From a virus (taxonomy: Duplodnaviria > Caudoviricetes): 64,000 bases of DNA. The stretch lies in IMG/VR virus record IMGVR_UViG_3300029319_000001; one strand, given 5' to 3'. Under the pieces are notes generated by a model that was given only the letters and a program-made list of their open reading frames with translations, made no database searches and was not told where the DNA came from. Within the stretch, counting starts at the first letter, position 1, and every line of letters starts with the position of its first letter. Made by a program: the position numbers and the translations under genes. Shown piece by piece: positions 19,072 to 27,550 of this stretch.

Positions 19072-20235
19072 ATGAAGAATACCCATCTTGAACACTTAGA
19101 AGATGACATCCTCAACAGTGGTGCTGTTGGTGGATTCAATGTCGTTTCTGTACTCAGATCATTTGGTAATATGCTCACAGGCACTAAGTCTGATCTAAGT
19201 GTTACTACTAAGTGGGATGGAGCTCCTGCAATTATTTGTGGCACTGACCCTGTTACTGGTAAATTCTTTGTTGGAACTAAATCAGTATTCAATAAGATTA
19301 CACCTAAAGTATGTTATGATAATGTTGATGTTGATCGTTTTTATGAGTCAGAAGTACTTCGTGCAAAGTTAAAAGATTGTCTTAAGTATCTCTCTCAATT
19401 AAATATCAAAGGTATTATTCAAGGAGATTTATTATTCTCATCAGGAGACAAGAGATATGCTAGTATTGGTGGACACAGAGTTATTACATTTAATCCTAAT
19501 GCCATAACTTATGCAGTATCGTGTCAATCAAGTCAAGGTATGGCAGTAGAGAGAGCAAATATTGGTATTGTATTTCATACAGTATATCAAGGTAGTTCAA
19601 TACAAGATTGCAAGGCAGTATATAAAGCACCCTTATTTGTAGGCACAGAAGATATATTCATACCTAATGCTAATTTCAATGATGCTAAAGGTATAAGTCG
19701 TTTCAGTAATAGTCAGAAGATCAAGTATATTGCTACTATTAATCGTGCGGAGGGTTCACTCAAGAGAGCATCAAGATTTCTTGATATCATGCAAAGTCAT
19801 GGTCAATCTAGATTCTTAATGCCAACATTATTCAAGCAATTCTTTAATACACAAATTCGTACTGGTAAGACTATTGTAAACACTAGAAGAACAGTTGCAC
19901 AGTTTGCTAAGTTTTATTCAGACAGATTAGATGCTGAGATCAATACTAAAACCAGTGTCAAGGGCAAAGAGAGATACAAGAGGATGAAGGCAGAAGGTCT
20001 TAATTTTATTGCTAGGTATGAGAATGAGATATATTTTACATTTGCATCATATATTTCTATTCGTGATGCTAAGAAGATGGTAATCTCACAATTAAACAAG
20101 GTTGGTCAAATAAGAACATACATAGGAAATACACCAACAAATCCAGAGGGATATGTTGTTTCCACCAACAACTACGCAATGAAGTTTGTTGATGATGACT
20201 TTAGAAAAGCAAACATTCTCTTTGGAATACAATGA
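19072..20235 (+). CDS. Conserved phage protein (DUF6267-like) with ligase-type nucleotidyltransferase motifs
   Basis: MKNTHLEHLED start at 19072; TTKWDGAP (KxDG), IQGDLL, PEGYVV, MKFV. Confidence 0.65.
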   Translation: MKNTHLEHLEDDILNSGAVGGFNVVSVLRSFGNMLTGTKSDLSVTTKWDGAPAIICGTDPVTGKFFVGTKSVFNKITPKVCYDNVDVDRFYESEVLRAKLKDCLKYLSQLNIKGIIQGDLLFSSGDKRYASIGGHRVITFNPNAITYAVSCQSSQGMAVERANIGIVFHTVYQGSSIQDCKAVYKAPLFVGTEDIFIPNANFNDAKGISRFSNSQKIKYIATINRAEGSLKRASRFLDIMQSHGQSRFLMPTLFKQFFNTQIRTGKTIVNTRRTVAQFAKFYSDRLDAEINTKTSVKGKERYKRMKAEGLNFIARYENEIYFTFASYISIRDAKKMVISQLNKVGQIRTYIGNTPTNPEGYVVSTNNYAMKFVDDDFRKANILFGIQ

Positions 20236-21539
20236 AAAAGATCGCTGTTATCGGTGCAGGTGTTATTGGTATTACTTCTATTCTACAGTTGATAGAACAG
20301 CGAACTAATCTTAATGCAGAAAATGATTGTAAAATAGTATGGTTATATGACACATCAATAGATATATTTGGTATTGGAGAGTCAACAACACCATCATTAT
20401 CAGGACAAATTGCTAGTCCACCATCATATTTGAGATATGATTCTAAAGATTATTTTGATGCTACTATCAAGTTTGGTAATAGATTTGTAGGATGGGGTAA
20501 AAATGGTGGAGATTTTACCAGATACTTTCCTATGAGTACTGCTGCTATTCATTTTGATACTAGATTATTCAGTAGTTTCTTTATTGAACATCTAAATGAA
20601 GAGAGTTGTTATAATTTTGAGTCAAGAGATACTAAAATAAAATCAATAAGTTTCGATCAAGACCCTATAGGTGGACATTGCTTTGGTGTTGTTATTGATG
20701 GAGAGTCATTTGATTTTGTATTAGATTGTAGTGGTGGCAAATCACTGGTGAATGATGATTATTATTTCGATTCACCCTTTGAGACTTGTAACACAGTTCT
20801 TGCTACTAGACTACCAGAACCTGCAGATTGGGGTTATACATTAACACAGACCACTCGAAATGGTTGGATGTTTGGAATTCCATTGCAAAGCAGAAGAACT
20901 TATGGTTATGCTTATAATTCAAGTGTTACAACAGAAGAGGAGGCACAGCAAGATTTTAGAAGTCTAGTTCCTCAAGAAGGACATCAATATAATAAGTTTA
21001 CTTGGAAACCTAAATTCTCAAACTATGTGTTACATCATAGTGGTAGATATGCTCGTAATGGAAATGCGTTAGGATTTCTTGACCCACTTGAAGCACTAGC
21101 AGGTATGTATTATGATAGTGTGACAGATAAGATGTCAAATTATGCTCTTGGCGATACATATAATAACATAGAACTGATTAATGATATCAATAGTTGGTAT
21201 TATCAAGAAGTTATTGGGGATTGGTTATTAAATTCTGCATGGATGTATCATTTTGGTTCAGAACATGACACCCCATTCTGGCAACAAGTCCAGAAAAATG
21301 CTAAAGATATATTAAATAATAAGGAGATTAATCCTTGTCGTTTAATAAGTGATGAACAAACATTTACTGATGATTTGTTCAATATTATAGGGGATGACCC
21401 AGAAATGAGAAGGTTATTTGTTCATGATCTACTTGATGTTGAGTTTACTTTCGATTTCTGTCGTGATTATTATAACTTCAGTTCATTTACTAGAGGAATG
21501 AGTGCAGATTATGCCAACAAGTTTCCTACATTTACATAA
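20232..21539 (+). CDS. Flavin-dependent tryptophan halogenase-like protein
   Basis: GAGVIG FAD motif, GIGESTTP, ATIKFG (catalytic Lys position), DCSG, GWMFGIP, GNALGFLDPLEA. Confidence 0.85.
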   Translation: MKKIAVIGAGVIGITSILQLIEQRTNLNAENDCKIVWLYDTSIDIFGIGESTTPSLSGQIASPPSYLRYDSKDYFDATIKFGNRFVGWGKNGGDFTRYFPMSTAAIHFDTRLFSSFFIEHLNEESCYNFESRDTKIKSISFDQDPIGGHCFGVVIDGESFDFVLDCSGGKSLVNDDYYFDSPFETCNTVLATRLPEPADWGYTLTQTTRNGWMFGIPLQSRRTYGYAYNSSVTTEEEAQQDFRSLVPQEGHQYNKFTWKPKFSNYVLHHSGRYARNGNALGFLDPLEALAGMYYDSVTDKMSNYALGDTYNNIELINDINSWYYQEVIGDWLLNSAWMYHFGSEHDTPFWQQVQKNAKDILNNKEINPCRLISDEQTFTDDLFNIIGDDPEMRRLFVHDLLDVEFTFDFCRDYYNFSSFTRGMSADYANKFPTFT

Positions 21540-21542
21540 CTT

Positions 21543-22928
21543 ATGACTAGAAAAATTGCTATTATTGGTGGTACTGATGCAGTACAAGTATTATTGAATT
21601 GCGTGTCACATAGGGATACTATGGATAGTGTGTATCAGGATGATGAAATAGTTTGGATTCGTGATTGTTCTCACATTATTGATGACTATGGAATACAAAC
21701 CGAGTCCGAGTGGGGAGAAATAGTTGGGGAGAATACTACATTAAGTTCAATACATCTATCAAGATTATTAGATGGTAAACAAAAGTGGGGTAAAAAGTTT
21801 ATTGGATTTGGTAATGACACACCACATAATTTTTATGTACTGTATGAACTAACTCATGTGGGTTGGCATTTAAACGGTAGAAAAATGGTAGATTTATTCT
21901 GGAATAGTTATACTAATACTGCCAAAAATGTAAGGATGATTGATGCTCATGTAGATAATATTGATGTACAAAATGATTATGTTAAAATACTAGATGAAAA
22001 ATATGATTTTGTAATTGATTGTACCAGAGGTGCATTATGGGATCATGATTCTTATAGTGAAGCATTATATAATCCAACAAATGCATCTCTAACAGTTCAT
22101 AAAAAGGTAGAGGGTAAATGGAATTATACTGCACATATTGCAGGTAAACATGGATATTTAACAGGCATTCCTATTAAAGATGCTCAAACATGGATATATT
22201 CATACGATAAAGATATAACAACACTTGATGATGCAATTTTAGACTTTAATAACCATTGTGAAATAACAACAAATGAGTTGCCTAAGATAAGTGAGTATGA
22301 TAAAATGTTATCAGACTATTGTATCCATCCTAATAATAGGTATGCTAGATGTGGTCGTGCATTGGGGTTTAATGATGAGTTAAACAACTTTAAAAACTAT
22401 CTTGAAGGAGATTTAGCAGAAGCAATATCAATGTATCTGTTTGAAGACCCTGAGAGACAACAGACAGAATATCAAAGATTAGATGTAGAGGATAGATATC
22501 AAGATGGCAAAAAAGATTGTGCATCATCACTCGGTTTCTATCTACAGGAAGGTTCTCAATATAAAACTGAGTTCTGGGAACAAACTAGAACAAATGCGTG
22601 TTTATGTTTAGAGAATAGAGAATACTTTGATATATCTACAAATCTCATACAATATGAATATCTTAAAATGAATGAACTCATCCCACCAGAGGAGAATATT
22701 CGTTTAGATTATTTTAGGAGATTAGCAGATGATGAACAGCGTTTGAGACAAAAACAAACTGCTGTATCTGACGAACCTTATAGATTGTTAGGTAGTTATC
22801 AGATATTTACTGAGACTACTAGAGGTCTCGGTTCACCTTATGCTCACCTATTTCCATTAATGACAGACATGTTACCACCATCATCCGAACCTTTCGGAGA
22901 AATCAACCTCGATCCAATAACATGGTAA
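21543..22928 (+). CDS. Degenerate halogenase-like paralogue
   Basis: Same motif order but degenerate: IIGGTDAV, QKWG, DCTRG, HGYLTGIP, GRALGFNDELN. Confidence 0.65.
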   Translation: MTRKIAIIGGTDAVQVLLNCVSHRDTMDSVYQDDEIVWIRDCSHIIDDYGIQTESEWGEIVGENTTLSSIHLSRLLDGKQKWGKKFIGFGNDTPHNFYVLYELTHVGWHLNGRKMVDLFWNSYTNTAKNVRMIDAHVDNIDVQNDYVKILDEKYDFVIDCTRGALWDHDSYSEALYNPTNASLTVHKKVEGKWNYTAHIAGKHGYLTGIPIKDAQTWIYSYDKDITTLDDAILDFNNHCEITTNELPKISEYDKMLSDYCIHPNNRYARCGRALGFNDELNNFKNYLEGDLAEAISMYLFEDPERQQTEYQRLDVEDRYQDGKKDCASSLGFYLQEGSQYKTEFWEQTRTNACLCLENREYFDISTNLIQYEYLKMNELIPPEENIRLDYFRRLADDEQRLRQKQTAVSDEPYRLLGSYQIFTETTRGLGSPYAHLFPLMTDMLPPSSEPFGEINLDPITW

Positions 22929-23278
22929 GAACTTTAATTAAGGATTTTCCACTTACCGAGGTTATTAGAAAACCTATGAGTAAAGACACATACAGTAAAG
23001 AAGAAGTGGATGCTCTCATTCAATATGCTATTGATGAAGCAAGAAAGATTGATGAAGAATCAATGCGTAAACATAATCGTGATGCTACTGTTATCAGTAT
23101 GATATTAGGGTTTACTGCACTTGCGTTATTTGTTGATGGTCTGTTAAGATTATTAGGTATCATTCCACCATTTATGGAGATTGATATAGATGTACTTGAC
23201 CAGATTGTTGAGAGAGTGGAGACGGATGTAATAGACAAACTGAAACAAGTGCCTATCCAAAAATTACTAAGAAGATGA
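22922..23278 (+). CDS. Membrane protein resembling a picocyanobacterial conserved hypothetical
   Basis: HNRDATVISMILGFTALALFVDGLLRLLGIIPPF hydrophobic segment. Confidence 0.65.
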   Translation: MVRTLIKDFPLTEVIRKPMSKDTYSKEEVDALIQYAIDEARKIDEESMRKHNRDATVISMILGFTALALFVDGLLRLLGIIPPFMEIDIDVLDQIVERVETDVIDKLKQVPIQKLLRR

Positions 23279-23562
23279 TTTCATTTTTACTTTCAATGGC
23301 AGGATTATTAAACCTGTTATTTTATATCTTTGCCATTGGTTTCTTAATTTCATTAGGATTAGAACAATGGATTAAGTTTAGACCTCTATCAGTTGATAAA
23401 ACAATAAATGATAGAAATGAATACATAGTTCAGAGCAACAGAAAATACTGTTGGAGACAAGCGTGGGTAGTTAACATTAACTGGTTCGCTTGCAATGTAG
23501 GTTTATACTTTGTATCAAGAAGTATGTTAAATCCAGTGGACAATTTTTGGAATGGAATGTAA
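23275..23562 (+). CDS. Hypothetical membrane protein
   Basis: Two hydrophobic segments; ATGA overlap. Confidence 0.6.
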   Translation: MISFLLSMAGLLNLLFYIFAIGFLISLGLEQWIKFRPLSVDKTINDRNEYIVQSNRKYCWRQAWVVNINWFACNVGLYFVSRSMLNPVDNFWNGM

Positions 23563-23565
23563 AAT

Positions 23566-23637
23566 ATGTGGTATGTAATATTTTGGACAGTATTAACAAT
23601 TTATCTTTTGAAACAAGTAGGAGTATTTAAAAAATGA
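23566..23637 (+). CDS. 23-aa single-helix membrane microprotein (not in ORF track)
   Basis: MWYVIFWTVLTIYLLKQVGVFKK; ATGA-coupled to the next ORF. Confidence 0.4.
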   Translation: MWYVIFWTVLTIYLLKQVGVFKK

Positions 23638-23810
23638 CATTTCTATCATGCCCACCTGTATATCATTTGCCAGGAACATGGACAGAGTGTAAGAAACCAT
23701 TAATTAATCATCTTAATCTTGAACCAAGTATAGGATTTATGGTATTTTTTGGATTGCTTTTTATATTATTAGTTGCTTATGGTATTACTAACTTAAAGAA
23801 AGCAAAATGA
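23634..23810 (+). CDS. 58-aa membrane microprotein (not in ORF track)
   Basis: MTFLSCPPVYHLPGTW...FMVFFGLLFILLVAYG...; ATGA overlaps at both ends. Confidence 0.55.
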   Translation: MTFLSCPPVYHLPGTWTECKKPLINHLNLEPSIGFMVFFGLLFILLVAYGITNLKKAK

Positions 23811-24028
23811 AATTCGACCCCAATAGCATACCACTAAGAAATACATCACAAGAATTTGAATATGAGAAGATATCAAGAGAGATTGATCGATGTGATGATA
23901 TTAAGGAGTTGCAGAATATGTGTAAGTTTCTACTCAAGTTAGAAATGAAAACTAGGGAGACTTATAGTATTATGATTGCTGATACTATTGAAGCAATGAA
24001 CATAGACCTACCACAGGACAATTTGTAA
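23807..24028 (+). CDS. Conserved cyanophage hypothetical protein
   Basis: 73-aa helical ORF, coupled upstream. Confidence 0.65.
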   Translation: MKFDPNSIPLRNTSQEFEYEKISREIDRCDDIKELQNMCKFLLKLEMKTRETYSIMIADTIEAMNIDLPQDNL

Positions 24029-24072
24029 AGTGTACACTATCGGTTGCAATACTTTTCAATATGACCTATATT
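24017..24072 (+). promoter_or_regulatory. Early-type promoter with upstream box (copy 2)
   Basis: GACAATTTGTAAAGTGTACAC; TTGCAA (24044-49) - 17 nt - TATATT (24067-72). Confidence 0.75.
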
Positions 24073-24078
24073 AAGAAT

Positions 24079-24330
24079 GTCGAAACAAACCAACATAAGA
24101 CTTTCAAGGTTGCGGAGACCGAAACTGTATGATCGAGGAGGTGTAAGTCCCCATTGATTAATGACTAGTCAGTTAATCAAAAGAATACCACGCAGTCGCA
24201 CCACGCATTTAATTTGAACTTAAGCAGTTGAGTTTTGTTTCGACCCACCTACACCACAAAATAGTGGCATTTATCAAGCACTTGTCTGATGTAAAATCCT
24301 AGGTCTCAGACTACATGATGTAAGACCACT
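24079..24330 (+). ncRNA. Candidate structured ncRNA or long 5' leader, family not recognised
   Basis: Perfect 11-bp closing stem 24079-89/24234-44 starting at the predicted TSS; internal hairpins 24154-24180, 24099-103/24145-49, 24254-67, 24284-311. Confidence 0.6.
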
Positions 24331-24336
24331 TAAAAC

Positions 24337-24393
24337 TGACAGTTAAAAAACTGTCACAAGAGACCTAACAGGTCTCTTTTTTTATGTCATAAT
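24337..24393 (+). promoter_or_regulatory. Box copy 3 (perfect palindrome) with extended -10
   Basis: TGACAGTT-N4-AACTGTCA, then TGtCATAAT at 24385-24393. Confidence 0.65.
24358..24383 (+). terminator. Intrinsic terminator
   Basis: AAGAGACCT-aac-AGGTCTCTT followed by a T-run. Confidence 0.7.
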
Positions 24394-24414
24394 AATAATA
24401 TAGACAACAAATTA

Positions 24415-24648
24415 ATGAATTTTATTCAACGATACAAAAAACCCGAATACATTGGAGTCGGGGATAATGTCAAATATAATAATAAGGAGTATCAGGTTCT
24501 TATTAATTATATCAAGGGAGATAAAGATCGTAAGGGATTTATCCCAACAGAAAACTTTACTATCCTAATTGACCACAATGGCAAGAGAATTACTTGTCAT
24601 GATTATACTGAACTTGAAATCTTAACAAATTCTACTTTCATATCATGA
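24415..24648 (+). CDS. Hypothetical early protein (SH3-like beta composition)
   Basis: IGVGDNVKYNNKEYQV...; first ORF after promoter. Confidence 0.6.
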   Translation: MNFIQRYKKPEYIGVGDNVKYNNKEYQVLINYIKGDKDRKGFIPTENFTILIDHNGKRITCHDYTELEILTNSTFIS

Positions 24649-24806
24649 AGATTACACCAAAAGAAAAAATGATAGTCAACCTCATGGAAGAGGTTATCAG
24701 CATTCTATCAACATGCAAAGACTTATCAGACCCAGAGTTCTCAATGTATGAGACTATGAAACATGCTGTTGATACAGAAGTTTACTACCCACTATACGAC
24801 AACTAA
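24645..24806 (+). CDS. 53-aa hypothetical protein (not in ORF track)
   Basis: MKITPKEKMIVNLMEEV...; ATGA overlap. Confidence 0.55.
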   Translation: MKITPKEKMIVNLMEEVISILSTCKDLSDPEFSMYETMKHAVDTEVYYPLYDN

Positions 24807-24819
24807 GGAGGAATTAATT

Positions 24820-25071
24820 ATGTCATACTGCGATTTATGTCATGTCTATGATGACGAGCATACCGATGGCGAACCATCAATGCAGATCGGGAAATATTAC
24901 AAACCATTACTAGACTATTTCTATAGTGTAGAGGTCATGGGCGAGAAATGGTGCGACTACAACTGGGGAAAACTTAAAAACTCAGAAGGCGATGAAGTCA
25001 CTTGCATGTGTCAAATATGTTTCAATTCTATGGATAGGATGGGTAAAATCAAATGGAAATGCTCATCATGA
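24820..25071 (+). CDS. Small putative Zn-binding protein
   Basis: GGAGG SD before ATG 24820; CDLC near the N-terminus and CMCQIC near the C-terminus. Confidence 0.6.
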   Translation: MSYCDLCHVYDDEHTDGEPSMQIGKYYKPLLDYFYSVEVMGEKWCDYNWGKLKNSEGDEVTCMCQICFNSMDRMGKIKWKCSS

Positions 25072-25772
25072 ATTCAGTAATATCAGGAACAAAAGCAAAG
25101 AAAGATGGACACAAATATGAAGAAGAGTGTGTTCATCTTTTAAATGAACGATTTGGTGGAGACCATAAAACCGATGGCAGACCACAAACTAAGGTAGATG
25201 TATATGACAATGAAGGAACTAACAAATATTCAGTAAAGAATGTATCTAAAAACCATACCCAAGTAGCATTGCTATCAAGCAAGAAGTTTATAGATTACTT
25301 TGGTATTAGTGATAGTCATTGCGAATACTTTATAAAAATGTTCTTTGGATATCCAAATAAAAACCTAGTATCTATTGTTGAGAGCATACATCCATACTTA
25401 AACCTTAGTGATGCTGAAAAGAGACAAAATAGAGTATATAGAAATAATATATCAGATGATATTGTTGAAAGTTTCTTATCATTCATGAATTCATATAAGA
25501 TGGAAATATTTGATATTATTGTAAAAAGAGGATTTAGTGGGGATAGTATTAATCATATAGTATGGAGAAATAAAATAACAAACAATGTTGATATCATAAA
25601 TGTTGATTCTCTCGTATCACTAGTTGAAAATGGTACATGGAAAATAAATAATACTACACTAGAGTTTAGGACTAGTGACAACTTTAAACTATTCCATTTA
25701 CAAATGAAAGGAAGCGGTAAAAAATATAATAGTGGTTATCATGGGATGATGTTTCACATGTATTGGAGGTAA
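25053..25772 (+). CDS. PD-(D/E)xK restriction-endonuclease-like protein
   Basis: GHKYEEE helix, KVDV...YSVK catalytic core, HTQV and HLQMKG segments reminiscent of HinP1I/MspI-type enzymes. Confidence 0.6.
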   Translation: MEMLIMNSVISGTKAKKDGHKYEEECVHLLNERFGGDHKTDGRPQTKVDVYDNEGTNKYSVKNVSKNHTQVALLSSKKFIDYFGISDSHCEYFIKMFFGYPNKNLVSIVESIHPYLNLSDAEKRQNRVYRNNISDDIVESFLSFMNSYKMEIFDIIVKRGFSGDSINHIVWRNKITNNVDIINVDSLVSLVENGTWKINNTTLEFRTSDNFKLFHLQMKGSGKKYNSGYHGMMFHMYWR

Positions 25773-25773
25773 T

Positions 25774-25902
25774 ATGCGAACAGATACTACACTTGAAAAG
25801 AAGGATGAAAAATGGTATAATAATCAACATATACATCCAAATGCTAGGGAAGATGTAGTGGACAGTAAGGAAAGTGAATACAGACCTGCATATTGGCAAT
25901 AA
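25774..25902 (+). CDS. 42-aa hypothetical protein (not in ORF track)
   Basis: GGAGG SD, MRTDTTLEKKDEKW...AYWQ. Confidence 0.4.
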   Translation: MRTDTTLEKKDEKWYNNQHIHPNAREDVVDSKESEYRPAYWQ

Positions 25903-25916
25903 TCATACACTATACT
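25861..25916 (+). promoter_or_regulatory. Early-type promoter with upstream box (copy 4)
   Basis: GACAGTAAGGAAAGTGAATAC - 29 nt - TATACT. Confidence 0.55.
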
Positions 25917-25941
25917 TAATACATACGATATTATTAAATCA

Positions 25942-27216
25942 TTGATTACACTAAGACCTCATCAAGAGCGAACACTTGACAAATTAAAAAAGTTCGATAA
26001 AGGTTGTGTGTATATTCCTACTGGTGGTGGTAAGACTATCATTATGTTGGAAGATTTAGTACAACGATTAGAAACTAGTGATGCTCCATTAACTGTTGTT
26101 ATTGTTGCACCTCGTTTATTACTAGCAAATCAATTATGTTCTGAATTTCTAGAATATACACAGGACAATGATAACATAGTTCTCAATGACAACTTAAATA
26201 TATTGCATGTTCATAGTGGAGAGACATCTTTCGATTCATCTACCAGACCTCGTTACATTCATGAGTGGATAGTTGATAGACAATTTCAATTACAGCATCA
26301 AATCATATTTTCTACATATCACTCACTAGGCAGACTAGAGGATGCTATGATAGATGTTGATATCATGTATTGTGATGAAGCACATAACGCCACTCAGAAA
26401 AACCATTTTGTTGGAGTTGCTAACACATCTACCAATGCATCTAACAGTTATTTTTTTACTGCTACACCAAAATACACTAGACAAACTAATGGTAGAGGTA
26501 TGAATAACACCGATGTTTTTGGTAAAACTCTAATTAGTGTTCCTGCACCAGAATTAATTGACAATGGTAGTATTATACCACCAAAACTTGTAATACATGA
26601 AACAGAGCATGTGAGAACTAAACAAAATGCACCTGATGTAGATAGAGAAATGATATTAGAAATTCTCGAAGATATATCAGAAGAACAAAGTGCTAAAGTT
26701 TTGGTTGCTGCTCCTAATACTACAATATTATGGAGAATATTATCACAGACAAATCTCTTATATGTCTTAAAGCAATTAGGTTATGATGTATTACATATTA
26801 CATCAAAGCATGGTGCTTATGTCAATGACAAGAAAGTTGGTAGGGATGTATTCTTTAATACTCTAACAGAGTGGGGAAGGGATGACAATAAAAAGTTTAT
26901 TGTATTCCATTATTCTATATTATCTGAAGGTATCAATGTTCCAGGATTAACTCATACAATATTATTGAGAAATCTACCAGTTATCGAAATGGCACAGACC
27001 ATAGGAAGAGTCATAAGACTACATAAAGAAGATGCAGATAATATTGCTAAGGGCAATATTCCAGTTGGTAACTATCAATTATATCGTAAATCTCATGGAG
27101 TGGTTACAGTTCCGTTATGTGGTAAAGCATCACTCTCAACTAGGAAGAGACTAGAGAAGATTATCGAATTAATCTTTGAAGATGGACTTCCTGCACATTC
27201 ATTCGCTAACTCTTAA
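25942..27216 (+). CDS. Superfamily II DNA/RNA helicase (ResIII-like)
   Basis: PTGGGKT (Walker A), CDEAH, FTATP, LSEGINVP, QTIGRVIR. Confidence 0.92.
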   Translation: MITLRPHQERTLDKLKKFDKGCVYIPTGGGKTIIMLEDLVQRLETSDAPLTVVIVAPRLLLANQLCSEFLEYTQDNDNIVLNDNLNILHVHSGETSFDSSTRPRYIHEWIVDRQFQLQHQIIFSTYHSLGRLEDAMIDVDIMYCDEAHNATQKNHFVGVANTSTNASNSYFFTATPKYTRQTNGRGMNNTDVFGKTLISVPAPELIDNGSIIPPKLVIHETEHVRTKQNAPDVDREMILEILEDISEEQSAKVLVAAPNTTILWRILSQTNLLYVLKQLGYDVLHITSKHGAYVNDKKVGRDVFFNTLTEWGRDDNKKFIVFHYSILSEGINVPGLTHTILLRNLPVIEMAQTIGRVIRLHKEDADNIAKGNIPVGNYQLYRKSHGVVTVPLCGKASLSTRKRLEKIIELIFEDGLPAHSFANS

Positions 27217-27218
27217 CA

Positions 27219-27380
27219 ATGGCATTCCTACACACTATTTTTTATAAAAACAATGGTAGTGGTTCTATGTTAGAATCAACTATTATAGCATCATCCCCTG
27301 ATGACGCTAAAACAACATTTCTATCAACTCATCCCGATGCAATGATTGATAGAATATTAACAACAGTACCTGCTAAGTAA
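27219..27380 (+). CDS. 53-aa hypothetical protein (not in ORF track)
   Basis: MAFLHTIFYKNNGSG...; follows helicase by 2 nt. Confidence 0.55.
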   Translation: MAFLHTIFYKNNGSGSMLESTIIASSPDDAKTTFLSTHPDAMIDRILTTVPAK

Positions 27381-27385
27381 ACATC

Positions 27386-27541
27386 ATGTTTTTTGAAATT
27401 CGCAAACAAGAAGTAATTTTCTATAGTCCAAACTTAGGACTTCAGAGTGTTATTGTAAATAGCAATAATCCTGATGGTGCTAGACAATTAATCCTAGAGC
27501 AATATGGTAATGTTGATATCAAGAGAGTAAATTCTCTATAG
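27386..27541 (+). CDS. 51-aa hypothetical protein (not in ORF track)
   Basis: MFFEIRKQEVIFYSPNLG...; similar pattern to the previous ORF. Confidence 0.55.
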   Translation: MFFEIRKQEVIFYSPNLGLQSVIVNSNNPDGARQLILEQYGNVDIKRVNSL

Positions 27542-27550
27542 GAGGATATC

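Noticed and set aside
24077-24157. 26-aa ORF MSKQTNIRLSRLRRPKLYDRGGVSPH at the start of the candidate ncRNA
   Set aside because: ATG lies only 4 nt after the -10, probably upstream of the TSS, with no RBS. A leaderless peptide is not fully excluded.
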